The notes: generated by a model from the sequence alone, not told the origin. Positions 43,971 through 53,595 are shown, counted from the first letter of the stretch. The stretch is 64,000 nt of DNA from Prochlorococcus sp. AG-679-M23 (GCA_003208875.1 QCUR01000003.1:64001-128000), one strand, 5' to 3'. Program-made: numbers and translations.

Positions 43971-44500
43971 CATTTTAAAAATTGAGTCTACATAAATAAA
44001 GAAGAAGAAATTAAAAGATTAGATTTTTAAAAATTAATAAAAAAAGTACATTTTTTAGTTTATTAAATTTTAATAATTGACTGGTCTTTTAAAGATAATA
44101 CAGATCAGATATTTGCAACAAATGAGTCTTTTCAGGACCTTAACGAAGATATCAAACAAAATTATTGACGGTTTTAATTAAAGTTTATAGCGCTCCAGAG
44201 GATGGCTACGGAGAAATCAATTGCAAGAAACCTAATATATCTGTCTTATTCTGTATTAAAAATGTCTAGAAAAAACATTAATATTAGAGCAGCTCTATAA
44301 AACGAAGAATTTCTTCATCACATAACGAAAAAGCGTCTGAACGAACACATAACTATTTGTTATACATATTTGTATCAATTATGTAAATTAAAGTGATTTT
44401 TGCTTGAATTGTATTGTATTTGGAATTAAATAGATATAAAAGACTTTACAAAGCTTCATATTTACTGTTACAATCATTAATATAAATTACAAAAATTATC

Positions 44501-44608
44501 ATGACACCTGAAGCAGAACGTTTTAATGGTTGGGCAGCAATGTTGGGATTTGTCGCAGCAGTTGGTGCATATGTAACTACTGGTCAAATCATTCCAGGCT
44601 GGTTCTAA
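44501..44608 (+). CDS. hli: High-light inducible protein (35 aa)
   Basis: MTPEAERFNGWAAMLGFVAAVGAYVTTGQIIPGWF; AExxNGxxAMxG and TGQIIPG motifs. Confidence 0.95.
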   Translation: MTPEAERFNGWAAMLGFVAAVGAYVTTGQIIPGWF

Positions 44609-44630
44609 ACCTTTATTACACATCTCAAAC

Positions 44631-44674
44631 AAAGTGGCGTCAAAAATACCCATATTTTTGAGTCACTTTTTTTT
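44631..44674 (+). terminator. Rho-independent terminator after hli
   Basis: Stem AAAGTGGC-G-TCAAAAATA / TATTTTTGA-GTCACTTT followed by a T tract. Confidence 0.75.
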
Positions 44675-44958
44675 TATATTAATAAAAGTTGTTTGTACCT
44701 AATTTGTCGTCAAGGTTTTAAAAAATTAATTTGTTAGACAAATTTACTTTTTGATTTATATTATTCAATTTTAAACAGCATTAATCATGTTTATTGCATA
44801 TTTTTTCTTGAAAACACAACTATCGTCTATAAGAAGAACACACTAGAAAACTAAAAAAATTGTATTCTTATTATTAATTTTTGCAATTTAGCTTTTTATT
44901 TTAAATATTCATTAGGTAATAAATACAAAAACAATAATAGTAAACCTGTAATAATTAA

Positions 44959-45099
44959 TCATTTCAGATCTTTTTTTGGCTTTTTATCTAAATCATCTAA
45001 ACATGAGGAGCACAATAAATGTCCTTTTTTGACCCAAAAAGCTTTTGTAGATCTTTCAATATCATTTCTGCAAATTAAACATTTAAAGATAGGAGGCAT
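44959..45099 (-). CDS. Small CxxC-CxxC zinc-finger-like protein (46 aa)
   Basis: Hand-translated MPPIFKCLICRNDIERSTKAFWVKKGHLLCSSCLDDLDKKPKKDLK. Confidence 0.6.
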   Translation of the reverse strand: MPPIFKCLICRNDIERSTKAFWVKKGHLLCSSCLDDLDKKPKKDLK

Positions 45100-45317
45100 T
45101 ACGTTCTCAAAATATAAAATAATGTTTTCTTAAAGACATTTAAAATAATCTTAACAATTTCATCAAGAGCCAAATGATATCTAAATAAATAGTATGGTGA
45201 AATGAAGTTATTAAGATTGTTATTTTTAGAATTAATAATTGATCTTTTAATAAGATAAAATTCAATTTTTTTTATATTTATACAAAAACATTTCGAATTT
45301 ATTTGTAATTATTTCAA

Positions 45318-45354
45318 CACTAAAAAACCTGCCATTATGGCAGGTCTTTTAGTG
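45318..45354 (-). terminator. Terminator of porin gene 1
   Basis: Inverted repeat ACCTGCCA/TGGCAGGT flanked by A and T tracts. Confidence 0.8.
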
Positions 45355-46294
45355 TGTAGATTTTAATTTCTAATTAAATTAATTAGAAGCTAAATGATGT
45401 TTTAACTGCTATACCAGTTTGGTCATCACCTGATTGTTCTCTAACAAATACACCAGGTGTGATTGTCATACCATCATTTACTGGATAAGCATATGATGCT
45501 TCATAAATGTAGTACTCAGTATCAGCACTTGTGTAGTTTGCTGCTGTTCCCATACCTATATCGAGTGATCCAGGACCAACTTCAGCAAAACTTAGACCAA
45601 CCATGAAACCTGTTGCTGTGTCAGATCCATCAGCATCAGCAGATTCTACACCAGCACTTAGTGTTGCAAAATCAAAAGCGTAAGTTCCGTTGATTCCCCA
45701 GTAAGTTGTTGATTCTGCATCAGAATAAGCAACTGAAACTGAGTATGAATCTCCAGAGTATGCAGCTTCAATACCGAATATATCAATACCTTCTTCGGTT
45801 AAGATACCAGGTACTGTACTATCAGCTTTAGTTTGTTCAGAAGAAAGACCACCAGCTAATGTGAAACCGCTGTCAAAAGCGTAAGACATTGCTGCAGTAA
45901 CTCCTTTACCACCAACACCAACAGAATTACCAGTACCACAGTTACCCATATAATCAGTGAAAGAGCTGTATGCACATGCACCTGAGTAAACAGCACTGAT
46001 ATCAGTGTTGTCACCAACCATTACAGTTGCACCACCCACTGGGAATGTGTAAGTAAGTCCATCAAGTTTTAGAGCGTCACTAGTTCCATCAAAGTTCAAA
46101 CCATCAGTACCACCTACAGCAGAAGAAGCATTACCTATATCGATAGTTGCGCTTAATGAATCTTCGCCAGTAAAGCTAGTTTCTAAGCCGATACCCATTT
46201 GGTAGTCGAATGTTGTTTTTTCAGTTACTGAAGATCCGTCAACTGCACCAACTAGGAAATCAACACCGAAAGATGCTGTGGTTGTTTCTGAAAA
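45327..46294. repeat. Direct repeat copy 1 (porin barrel plus terminator)
   Basis: Near-identical to 48483-49450 at offset 3156; only 3 differences seen by eye. Confidence 0.92.
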
Positions 46295-46510
46295 GGATCC
46301 GTCATGATCATGACTATCAACTAAACCTTCTCCTCCTGAAAGAAGAGTTTCTTTTGAAGATAAAGATTTAAAAGAGTTTGAATCTACCTCTACAACATCT
46401 CCAGAATAACTTGAGATTGCCTCAAAATTAACCTCAGAAGCGCTAGCAGAAATAGGTGCTAAAAGTCCTAAAGCTGCAGGGGCAACAAGAAGTTGCTTGA
46501 ATAATTTCAT
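45383..46510 (-). CDS. som: Outer-membrane porin (Som family), copy 1
   Basis: Signal peptide MKLFKQLLVAPAALGLLAP, FSETT, TSFTGEDSL, C-terminal TSFSF. Confidence 0.92.
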   Translation of the reverse strand: MKLFKQLLVAPAALGLLAPISASASEVNFEAISSYSGDVVEVDSNSFKSLSSKETLLSGGEGLVDSHDHDGSFSETTTASFGVDFLVGAVDGSSVTEKTTFDYQMGIGLETSFTGEDSLSATIDIGNASSAVGGTDGLNFDGTSDALKLDGLTYTFPVGGATVMVGDNTDISAVYSGACAYSSFTDYMGNCGTGNSVGVGGKGVTAAMSYAFDSGFTLAGGLSSEQTKADSTVPGILTEEGIDIFGIEAAYSGDSYSVSVAYSDAESTTYWGINGTYAFDFATLSAGVESADADGSDTATGFMVGLSFAEVGPGSLDIGMGTAANYTSADTEYYIYEASYAYPVNDGMTITPGVFVREQSGDDQTGIAVKTSFSF

Positions 46511-46515
46511 AAAAA

Positions 46516-46525
46516 TTCCTCACAC
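46516..46525 (-). promoter_or_regulatory. Yfr1 sRNA target site in porin 1 5' UTR
   Basis: mRNA GUGUGAGGAA overlapping the RBS is complementary to the conserved Yfr1 motif ACUCCUCACAC. Confidence 0.75.
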
Positions 46526-46578
46526 AGAATATTTGTACTTTTAATTCTAAAGGTAAAATTACTTAATCGCAAAAAATA

Positions 46579-48408
46579 TCAGCCATTTAATAAATCGTAC
46601 GTAGGGAATAAACTACGTAAAGGTTTTAAAAGTTGTTTATATTTTTCCCAATAATTAATTGATTGATTATTAATTTCTTTTCTAACTTGAGCACTACTTG
46701 CAGTAAAAACATTTCTTTTATTTTTTTGAGGTGAGAGATATTTCTCATCCCATTCCCAATTTAACCAATCAATTAATTTACGAATACTGTCCTCAGGATT
46801 TTGTACAACTTGGTCATGATCATAACTATAAATAATCGAACTAAATTGAGTTTTGTACTCATCCATAAGTTCCATATGATATTTATACAATTTCGCGATA
46901 TCATTTAATGAGCTCGAAAAACTTTGATTTATAAAATTTGTTCGATAAATGGAAAGGACATTATCAAGCGGATTTCTCGTGCAATGTATAATTCTCGAAT
47001 TTGGGAAAAATCTATAAATAATCGGACAATATAAAAAGTTAAACAAATTTTTATCTGTATATATATTATTAGATGAATTAATATCAAATACTTTTTTGCT
47101 GTAAGTATCATAAATCTTTTTTAAATCTTCAGTTTCTTTTAGAGATTCTTCTAAAAAGAAAACTTCTCCTAAATCGGTAACTCCAGAATTAAGACTTAAA
47201 ATACTTTCAAGTAATGTGCTTCCACACCTCGGCATTCCAACAATAAATAAATAACAATTATTGTCCAAATTTTTATTTAAATCCTCTTGATTTTCAAATT
47301 TAAAATTCCTATATATTTCGCCTGTATTTAACTTTTTTGTTAAATCCGATGGTTGGAGTTTTAGCTTTTCATCATTAGCTATTTTTAAAAAATATGTACT
47401 ATTCTCAAATTCACCTTTGGAGTGGTAGATATTTGCTTTTGAAAATCCAATATATATTTTTTGTATTGGAGTAAAATTTTCTATGTCAATGCTTAAAAGA
47501 TTATTTAATTGATCCTTATGACTTGAAAAATTATACAAGGTTGATAGTTCGTAATAACTATTGAAATTAAATTTATCCTTATCAAGGATCTCTAAATGCA
47601 TATTTATTGCTGAATCTAAATGACCGGAATTTCTATACATCACTGCCAAATTAAATTTTAATGGAATAAAATTTGGAAATTTCTTAAGACCCTCTTTTGA
47701 AATTTTAATGCCTTTATTAATTTCTTTATTATTAAAATATAAATTACTTAAATTAAGGAATAAAATGGGTTGATTATTAAATAAGTTTTTTAGTTTTAAT
47801 AAAGTTTTTTCTGCTTGGACATAATTCTTCTGATTAATAAAAATTCTTGAAAACAATAGTTCCTTTTGAAAATATAAATTATTATTTTTATCTAAAATTA
47901 AATTTCCTAAAATTTGTTCTGCCTCTTGATTCTGAAAATTATCAATTAAAATATCAGCTTTTAAAATTTTATATATTTCTATTTTAGGGGAAATTAATAA
48001 AGCATTATTTATATACTCAAGTGCTTCTTTATATAGTTTATTCTTTTTATAAAGAATTGATAAATTATAATCTACATCTGTGTTATTTCGTTCAATTCCC
48101 TTTGCCAAAAGAAGAATTTTCAAAGCTTCCTTAAAACTATTCTCTAGGCTTAGAATTTCAGCTAACAATAAGTATGGCTTTATAAATAAGGGATATTTTT
48201 TAATAGATAAAGTAAAAAGATTTTTCGCAATCTTAAGATTATTAATTTCTTTATTAAATAATCCGTATGAGATAAGTAAATCGTAAGTAAAGAATTTTTT
48301 ATTAATTAAATTTTTATAAATTTGATTGGCTTCATTTAATTTTCCTTGTTTATGATTTTTTTTTGCAATTTGAATATATTTAGTTATTTCTGATAAATTT
48401 AATTCCAT
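46579..48408 (-). CDS. TPR-repeat sulfotransferase
   Basis: N-terminal TPR helices; 5'-PSB FIVGMPRCGSTLLE, 3'-PB RNPLDNVLS, TASSAQVR. Confidence 0.88.
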   Translation of the reverse strand: MELNLSEITKYIQIAKKNHKQGKLNEANQIYKNLINKKFFTYDLLISYGLFNKEINNLKIAKNLFTLSIKKYPLFIKPYLLLAEILSLENSFKEALKILLLAKGIERNNTDVDYNLSILYKKNKLYKEALEYINNALLISPKIEIYKILKADILIDNFQNQEAEQILGNLILDKNNNLYFQKELLFSRIFINQKNYVQAEKTLLKLKNLFNNQPILFLNLSNLYFNNKEINKGIKISKEGLKKFPNFIPLKFNLAVMYRNSGHLDSAINMHLEILDKDKFNFNSYYELSTLYNFSSHKDQLNNLLSIDIENFTPIQKIYIGFSKANIYHSKGEFENSTYFLKIANDEKLKLQPSDLTKKLNTGEIYRNFKFENQEDLNKNLDNNCYLFIVGMPRCGSTLLESILSLNSGVTDLGEVFFLEESLKETEDLKKIYDTYSKKVFDINSSNNIYTDKNLFNFLYCPIIYRFFPNSRIIHCTRNPLDNVLSIYRTNFINQSFSSSLNDIAKLYKYHMELMDEYKTQFSSIIYSYDHDQVVQNPEDSIRKLIDWLNWEWDEKYLSPQKNKRNVFTASSAQVRKEINNQSINYWEKYKQLLKPLRSLFPTYDLLNG

Positions 48409-48475
48409 TTTTATTTCAATAGAAATACAGATTTTAATTAATAATACATTTTAAAAAGATATTTTACTTTTCATT

Positions 48476-48510
48476 AAAAAAGACCTGCCATAATGGCAGG
48501 TCTTTTAGTG
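48476..48510 (-). terminator. Terminator of porin gene 2
   Basis: AAAAGACCTGCCA-TAA-TGGCAGGTCTTTT perfect stem. Confidence 0.8.
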
Positions 48511-49450
48511 TGTAGATTTTAATTTCTAATTAAATTAATTAGAAGCTAAATGATGTTTTAACTGCTATACCAGTTTGGTCATCACCTGATTGTTCTCTAA
48601 CAAATACACCAGGTGTGATTGTCATACCATCATTTACTGGATAAGCATATGATGCTTCATAAATGTAGTACTCAGTATCAGAACTTGTGTAGTTTGCTGC
48701 TGTTCCCATACCTATATCGAGTGATCCAGGACCAACTTCAGCAAAACTTAGACCAACCATGAAACCTGTTGCTGTGTCAGATCCATCAGCATCAGCAGAT
48801 TCTACACCAGCACTTAGTGTTGCAAAATCAAAAGCGTAAGTTCCGTTGATTCCCCAGTAAGTTGTTGATTCTGCATCAGAATAAGCAACTGAAACTGAGT
48901 ATGAATCTCCAGAGTATGCAGCTTCAATACCGAATATATCAATACCTTCTTCGGTTAAGATACCAGGTACTGTACTATCAGCTTTAGTTTGTTCAGAAGA
49001 AAGACCACCAGCTAATGTGAAACCGCTGTCAAAAGCGTAAGACATTGCTGCAGTAACTCCTTTACCACCAACACCAACAGAATTACCAGTACCACAGTTA
49101 CCCATATAATCAGTGAAAGAGCTGTATGCACATGCACCTGAGTAAACAGCACTGATATCAGTGTTGTCACCAACCATTACAGTTGCACCACCCACTGGGA
49201 ATGTGTAAGTAAGTCCATCAAGTTTTAGAGCGTCACTAGTTCCATCAAAGTTCAAACCATCAGTACCACCTACAGCAGAAGAAGCATTACCTATATCAAT
49301 AGTTGCGCTTAATGAATCTTCGCCAGTAAAGCTAGTTTCTAAGCCGATACCCATTTGGTAGTCGAATGTTGTTTTTTCAGTTACTGAAGATCCGTCAACT
49401 GCACCAACTAGGAAATCAACACCGAAAGATGCTGTGGTTGTTTCTGAAAA
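48483..49450. repeat. Direct repeat copy 2 (porin barrel plus terminator)
   Basis: Matches 45327-46294. Confidence 0.92.
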
Positions 49451-49672
49451 TCCACCAGCTTCAAAGTTATTGAATCTAGCTTCTAATCCATCAACACGAC
49501 TGTTAGTAACAGCAAGTTCTTCAGCAGGATTAAATTCGCTGATGTTCTGAATTTCTTCTGAAGAAGAATAACCAGAAACGTCGTTTAAGTTCAGCTCATT
49601 AGCTGTTGCAGTCATAGGTGCTAAAAGACCTAATGTTGCAGGAGCTACAAGCAAGCTTTTAAAAAGCTTCAT
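48539..49672 (-). CDS. som: Outer-membrane porin (Som family), copy 2
   Basis: Signal peptide, coiled-coil RVDGLEAR, FSETT, C-terminal TSFSF. Confidence 0.93.
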   Translation of the reverse strand: MKLFKSLLVAPATLGLLAPMTATANELNLNDVSGYSSSEEIQNISEFNPAEELAVTNSRVDGLEARFNNFEAGGFSETTTASFGVDFLVGAVDGSSVTEKTTFDYQMGIGLETSFTGEDSLSATIDIGNASSAVGGTDGLNFDGTSDALKLDGLTYTFPVGGATVMVGDNTDISAVYSGACAYSSFTDYMGNCGTGNSVGVGGKGVTAAMSYAFDSGFTLAGGLSSEQTKADSTVPGILTEEGIDIFGIEAAYSGDSYSVSVAYSDAESTTYWGINGTYAFDFATLSAGVESADADGSDTATGFMVGLSFAEVGPGSLDIGMGTAANYTSSDTEYYIYEASYAYPVNDGMTITPGVFVREQSGDDQTGIAVKTSFSF

Positions 49673-49679
49673 TTAAGTG

Positions 49680-49687
49680 CCTCACAC
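49680..49687 (-). promoter_or_regulatory. Yfr1 sRNA target site in porin 2 5' UTR
   Basis: mRNA GUGUGAGG, 7 nt upstream of the ATG, complementary to the Yfr1 core CCUCACAC. Confidence 0.7.
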
Positions 49688-49736
49688 ATAAAATTTTGTA
49701 CACCTTAAAATACTGTATAAATGAGGTTGATTTCAA

Positions 49737-49750
49737 GTATCAACCGCTAC
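49737..49750. promoter_or_regulatory. Candidate NtcA box upstream of porin 2
   Basis: GTA-TCAACCGC-TAC (GTA-N8-TAC) about 65 bp upstream of the start codon. Confidence 0.55.
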
Positions 49751-50019
49751 TTTTTAAAAGGTTTTATTGAAAATCATATTTTAATTAGATTAATATTTTT
49801 AGAAAAACCTCTAATCAATTGCCCTGCAAGGGTTTAAGATCCTATATTTTAAAATTTAGAAATTCAAAGAGCTACTTGTGACGATATATTTTCTGTCCGC
49901 ATATACAGATATGATGATGAATTTATCAAAAAATAATTGAAAATCAATAATATTTTTTTAATTAGAATACTTAATTTAAAAACAGAAAGTTATTCTAAAT
50001 AAGCAGCATTACGTCCTAG

Positions 50020-52200
50020 GTGATAATTATGAAAGGTTTTGGTAATGAGAAAAAAAATATTCAAAAACAAAATTCTAGAGGAAATTCAAATCCTAATAAA
50101 GATCAATTAATTTCAAATGCATTTCAATATCACTCAAAAGGTCAGCTTAAAGAGGCATCTGATATATATAAATATCTGATTAAGAATGGATATTATGATC
50201 CAAGAGTTCTCACAAATTTAGGAACAATTTACCAACAAGCTAATGAATTTGAAAACGCAATAATTTTATATAAAGAATCAATAAAGAAGTTTCCAAATAA
50301 TCCTGAAGCATATTCAAATTTAGGAAGTATTTTAATAAAAAAAAATGAACCCAAATTAGCGGAACAATATCTTAAAAAGGCTATTGATTTAAAGCCAGAT
50401 TATTTAATGGCATATTCAAATTTAATTAATGTTTACGTAAATGATGGCAACTTAGAAAAAGCGGAAATTTACCTTAGAAAAAGCATAGATAATAATCCAA
50501 ATGATGCAAATTCATATTTAAATTTGGGTAGCGTACTAAAGGAGCAAGGTAAAACTGAAGAAGCAGAACTGTCTTTAAGAAAATCATTAAAATTAAGACC
50601 TGAGTTTGATTTAGCCTTAATTAATTTAGGCGCCACTTTAAATGAATTAGGTAAAATATTTGAAGCAGAAAAGTTATTAAATCGAGCTATAGAAATTAAT
50701 CCTAATTCTTCTATGGCATTTAATAATTTAGGTAATGTTTTAGTAAATCAAAATAAACCAAATGAAGCAGAAAAGAGTTATAGAGAAGCTATTAAATTAA
50801 AACCTGATTTTGCATTGGCATTTAATAACTTAGGATCTTTATTGTCAAATAATGGGAACATTATCGAAGCTGAAAAATATACTCAGAAAGCTATTGATTA
50901 TAATCCCAAATTTGAATTGGCATATGTAAATTTAGGCTCAATAAAGCTCGATTTAGATAAATTAAAAGAATCTGAAAAATTATATCTAAAAGCTATTGAG
51001 ATCAAAAACGAATATCCATATGCATATAGTAATCTTTTAAGATTTTATGAAAAGACAAATAATTTAAAAAAATTAAAACAAGTATTAATATCATTCGAAG
51101 ACAGAAAATACATATTAAATGAAGTTTTGATGTTTAAAGCAAGACTTCTTTATAGAGAAAAAGATTTTAAAAATGCAAAAAATTTAATTAATAAAATACC
51201 CATAACATGGGTAAATAATACTGATCAGAATACTAAAATTCTTTTTTGGTCTTTTAAGGCATTCATCGAAGAAAAAGTAGAAAATTATGATGAAGCACAT
51301 GAATGTTTTAAAAAAAGTCAACTTAACTTAAAGTATGAAAACTGTGATCCTTATATTTTTGAAAATTATATTAAAAACTACAGAAAAAATTTAGATAATA
51401 AAGAATTTCTAAAAAGAGATAATTACAAATATGATAAGAATTTCGAGCCTGTTTTTTTGATTGGATTTCCTAGATCAGGAACTACATTATTAGATACAAT
51501 TTTAAGAAGTCACCCTTACATAGATGTTCTAGAAGAAAAACCAATACTTCAATCCGTCGAGAAAATTATAAAAACAAACTATAAATATTCTTTAAGTGAA
51601 ATTCATAGACTCAATCAGGAAGAATTAAAAATTCTTAGAGATCATTATTTAAAAAGTTTAAATAATAATTCCAATAAAAATAAAGATGCCAAAATATTAA
51701 TTGATAAATTCCCTTTTCAAACTGTTTGCTTACCACTAATTAATTTGTTATTTCCAAATGCAAAAATAATTTTCACCCATAGGAATCCCTACGATACGGT
51801 TTTATCGTGTTTCCAACAGGCATTTGAACCAAATAATGCGATGTCAAATTTTCGTTCCATTAATTCTTCTGCGAGAATTTATAATCTCACAATGGATATG
51901 TGGGTATCTTATAAAAATAAATTGGATTTAAAGTATCTCATGTCTAAATACGAAACACTAATAGAGGACTTTGATAGCCATATTTCAAATGTCCTTGAAT
52001 TTTTAAATCTTGACTGGGACGAAAACATTAAAAATTATAGGGATACGGCCTTAAATAGAGGCAAGATAAACACGCCTTCATCTTCTCAAGTTATTCAACC
52101 ACTCTATAAAACCTCAATTGAGAAATGGCGTAATTATGAAAAGTTTTTTGAAGACTCACATATTTATCTTGATAAGTGGGTGGATTATTTTAATTATTAA
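50020..52200 (+). CDS. TPR-repeat sulfotransferase
   Basis: About 8 TPRs (AYSNLG/AFNNLG); FLIGFPRSGTTLLD, RNPYDTVLS, TPSSSQV; likely start ATG at 50029. Confidence 0.92.
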   Translation: MIIMKGFGNEKKNIQKQNSRGNSNPNKDQLISNAFQYHSKGQLKEASDIYKYLIKNGYYDPRVLTNLGTIYQQANEFENAIILYKESIKKFPNNPEAYSNLGSILIKKNEPKLAEQYLKKAIDLKPDYLMAYSNLINVYVNDGNLEKAEIYLRKSIDNNPNDANSYLNLGSVLKEQGKTEEAELSLRKSLKLRPEFDLALINLGATLNELGKIFEAEKLLNRAIEINPNSSMAFNNLGNVLVNQNKPNEAEKSYREAIKLKPDFALAFNNLGSLLSNNGNIIEAEKYTQKAIDYNPKFELAYVNLGSIKLDLDKLKESEKLYLKAIEIKNEYPYAYSNLLRFYEKTNNLKKLKQVLISFEDRKYILNEVLMFKARLLYREKDFKNAKNLINKIPITWVNNTDQNTKILFWSFKAFIEEKVENYDEAHECFKKSQLNLKYENCDPYIFENYIKNYRKNLDNKEFLKRDNYKYDKNFEPVFLIGFPRSGTTLLDTILRSHPYIDVLEEKPILQSVEKIIKTNYKYSLSEIHRLNQEELKILRDHYLKSLNNNSNKNKDAKILIDKFPFQTVCLPLINLLFPNAKIIFTHRNPYDTVLSCFQQAFEPNNAMSNFRSINSSARIYNLTMDMWVSYKNKLDLKYLMSKYETLIEDFDSHISNVLEFLNLDWDENIKNYRDTALNRGKINTPSSSQVIQPLYKTSIEKWRNYEKFFEDSHIYLDKWVDYFNY

Positions 52201-52245
52201 GTTTCAAAATACTATTAATCTCTAATTCCGAAAAATTCAAAGAAT

Positions 52246-52419
52246 TTAATTTTGAACTATTTTTTTTGAAATGCGATACGATATTTTTTTTGTTTTATAA
52301 TTTTTTTTCTGGCCTTTATTAAATTCATCAACATACCAACCTGAAGCCAATCTGGTATCAATTTCTTCATAATCATGCTTTAAATTTAATTTTTTTATCG
52401 ATTTCTTTAAATAATCCAT
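52246..52419 (-). CDS. Putative small protein (57 aa)
   Basis: Hand-translated MDYLKKSIKKLNLKHDYEEIDTRLASGWYVDEFNKGQKKNYKTKKISYRISKKIVQN. Confidence 0.4.
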   Translation of the reverse strand: MDYLKKSIKKLNLKHDYEEIDTRLASGWYVDEFNKGQKKNYKTKKISYRISKKIVQN

Positions 52420-52622
52420 TTAAAACATAATCCTTTTAAAACAATAGCAAATAAATTACTAACATTTAACTTTTTAAAAGAGACAGTTTTAAATAAGATA
52501 GAAGAAATAAAGCTCGAATCATAATATCTTTAGAAAAACAAAAGAAAAAATAAATATCCCTCGGTATTCATTTTTATTGGCTAAATTAAATTTTTATTAA
52601 TACCTGAGGAGCACAAGGTTAA

Positions 52623-52727
52623 ATGACTCAATTTAATTTGATAATAAATTCTCTACCAAGAGATCTTTTAGAATTTTCTTTCTTTCTTATTGTTGGTTTT
52701 ACAGCTGGTTCAATAGGTATAATATAA
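52623..52727 (+). CDS. Putative single-TM microprotein (34 aa)
   Basis: MTQFNLIINSLPRDLLEFSFFLIVGFTAGSIGII; AGGAG upstream. Confidence 0.55.
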   Translation: MTQFNLIINSLPRDLLEFSFFLIVGFTAGSIGII

Positions 52728-52749
52728 AATTAATTTTTTTATTACAAAA

Positions 52750-53262
52750 TCAATATTTCAAAATTGATTCAATAGGATAATTAAATCTTAATGAACCACC
52801 AACTGCCTGGAGTTCAACCACCACCACAAGACCTGTAACTGTCTTGTCATTATCATCAAGAATTTTTGCAACGCATCCAGCGGTACCCCCGGTAGCAATC
52901 AAGTCATCAATAATTGCGAATGAATTAAACTTCTTAATTGAATCCTTCTGAATAGTTAATACATCTTCTCCATATTCCAGATTATATTTTTTTTTAATTA
53001 TTTCACCAGGCAATTTTCCTGGTTTCCTTGCAACTATCATAGGTTTTGAAGTTATCAAAGCTATTGCAGATCCAAAAACAAATCCTCTCGCATCAATAGA
53101 AATTATTGCTTCAGCATTTTTAATTAATTCACTAGAAGCCATTTTTATTATTAACTCTTTAAAAATTTTTGGGTGGTGAACAATCTCAAGGACATCTTTG
53201 AAATTAACTCCAGTTTTTGGATAATTTTCATAGGTTGGTATCAATTTTTTCAGTTTTTCCAT
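52750..53262 (-). CDS. apt: Adenine phosphoribosyltransferase
   Basis: YPKTGVNFKD, DARGFVFG, RKPGKLPG, YNLEYG, IDDLIATGGT. Confidence 0.95.
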   Translation of the reverse strand: MEKLKKLIPTYENYPKTGVNFKDVLEIVHHPKIFKELIIKMASSELIKNAEAIISIDARGFVFGSAIALITSKPMIVARKPGKLPGEIIKKKYNLEYGEDVLTIQKDSIKKFNSFAIIDDLIATGGTAGCVAKILDDNDKTVTGLVVVVELQAVGGSLRFNYPIESILKY

Positions 53263-53521
53263 AACTTAGAATTAAAAATAAAAATAAAAATAACTTGTAC
53301 CACAATTAAATTTTATTTATTAACAAAATTCTAGCTATTAAAGATTTTTTAACTTAAAAAAAAATAATACCTTTTATATATCCCTTTAATCTATAACTTT
53401 AAAACTTTCTAGTGGCAAAATATCAGGGGAACTCATTTTCTAGCCTCAAAAGTGATTATTTATGAAATATTTAGCAATTTGGTCTTTTATAGATGACTGT
53501 TATGAACTAATATCTTATCAG

Positions 53522-53595
53522 CGGGGCGTGGCGCAGCTTGGTAGCGCGGGTGCTTTGGGAGCACTAGGTCGCAGGTTCGAATCCTGTCGCCCCGA
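53522..53595 (+). tRNA. tRNA-Pro (UGG), intact; integration hotspot
   Basis: CGGGGCGTGGCGCAGCTTGGTAGCGCGGGTGC-TTTGGGA-GCACTAGGTCGCAGGTTCGAATCCTGTCGCCCCGA. Confidence 0.97.

Noticed and set aside
44080..44340. Short protein-like frames after tRNA-Lys
   Set aside because: Fragmented and without recognisable motifs; no tRNA-Lys duplication seen in the window.
52750..53262. apt as a dedicated PAP-recycling partner of the sulfotransferases
   Set aside because: It is a standard salvage enzyme upstream of the tRNA; proximity alone is not evidence.
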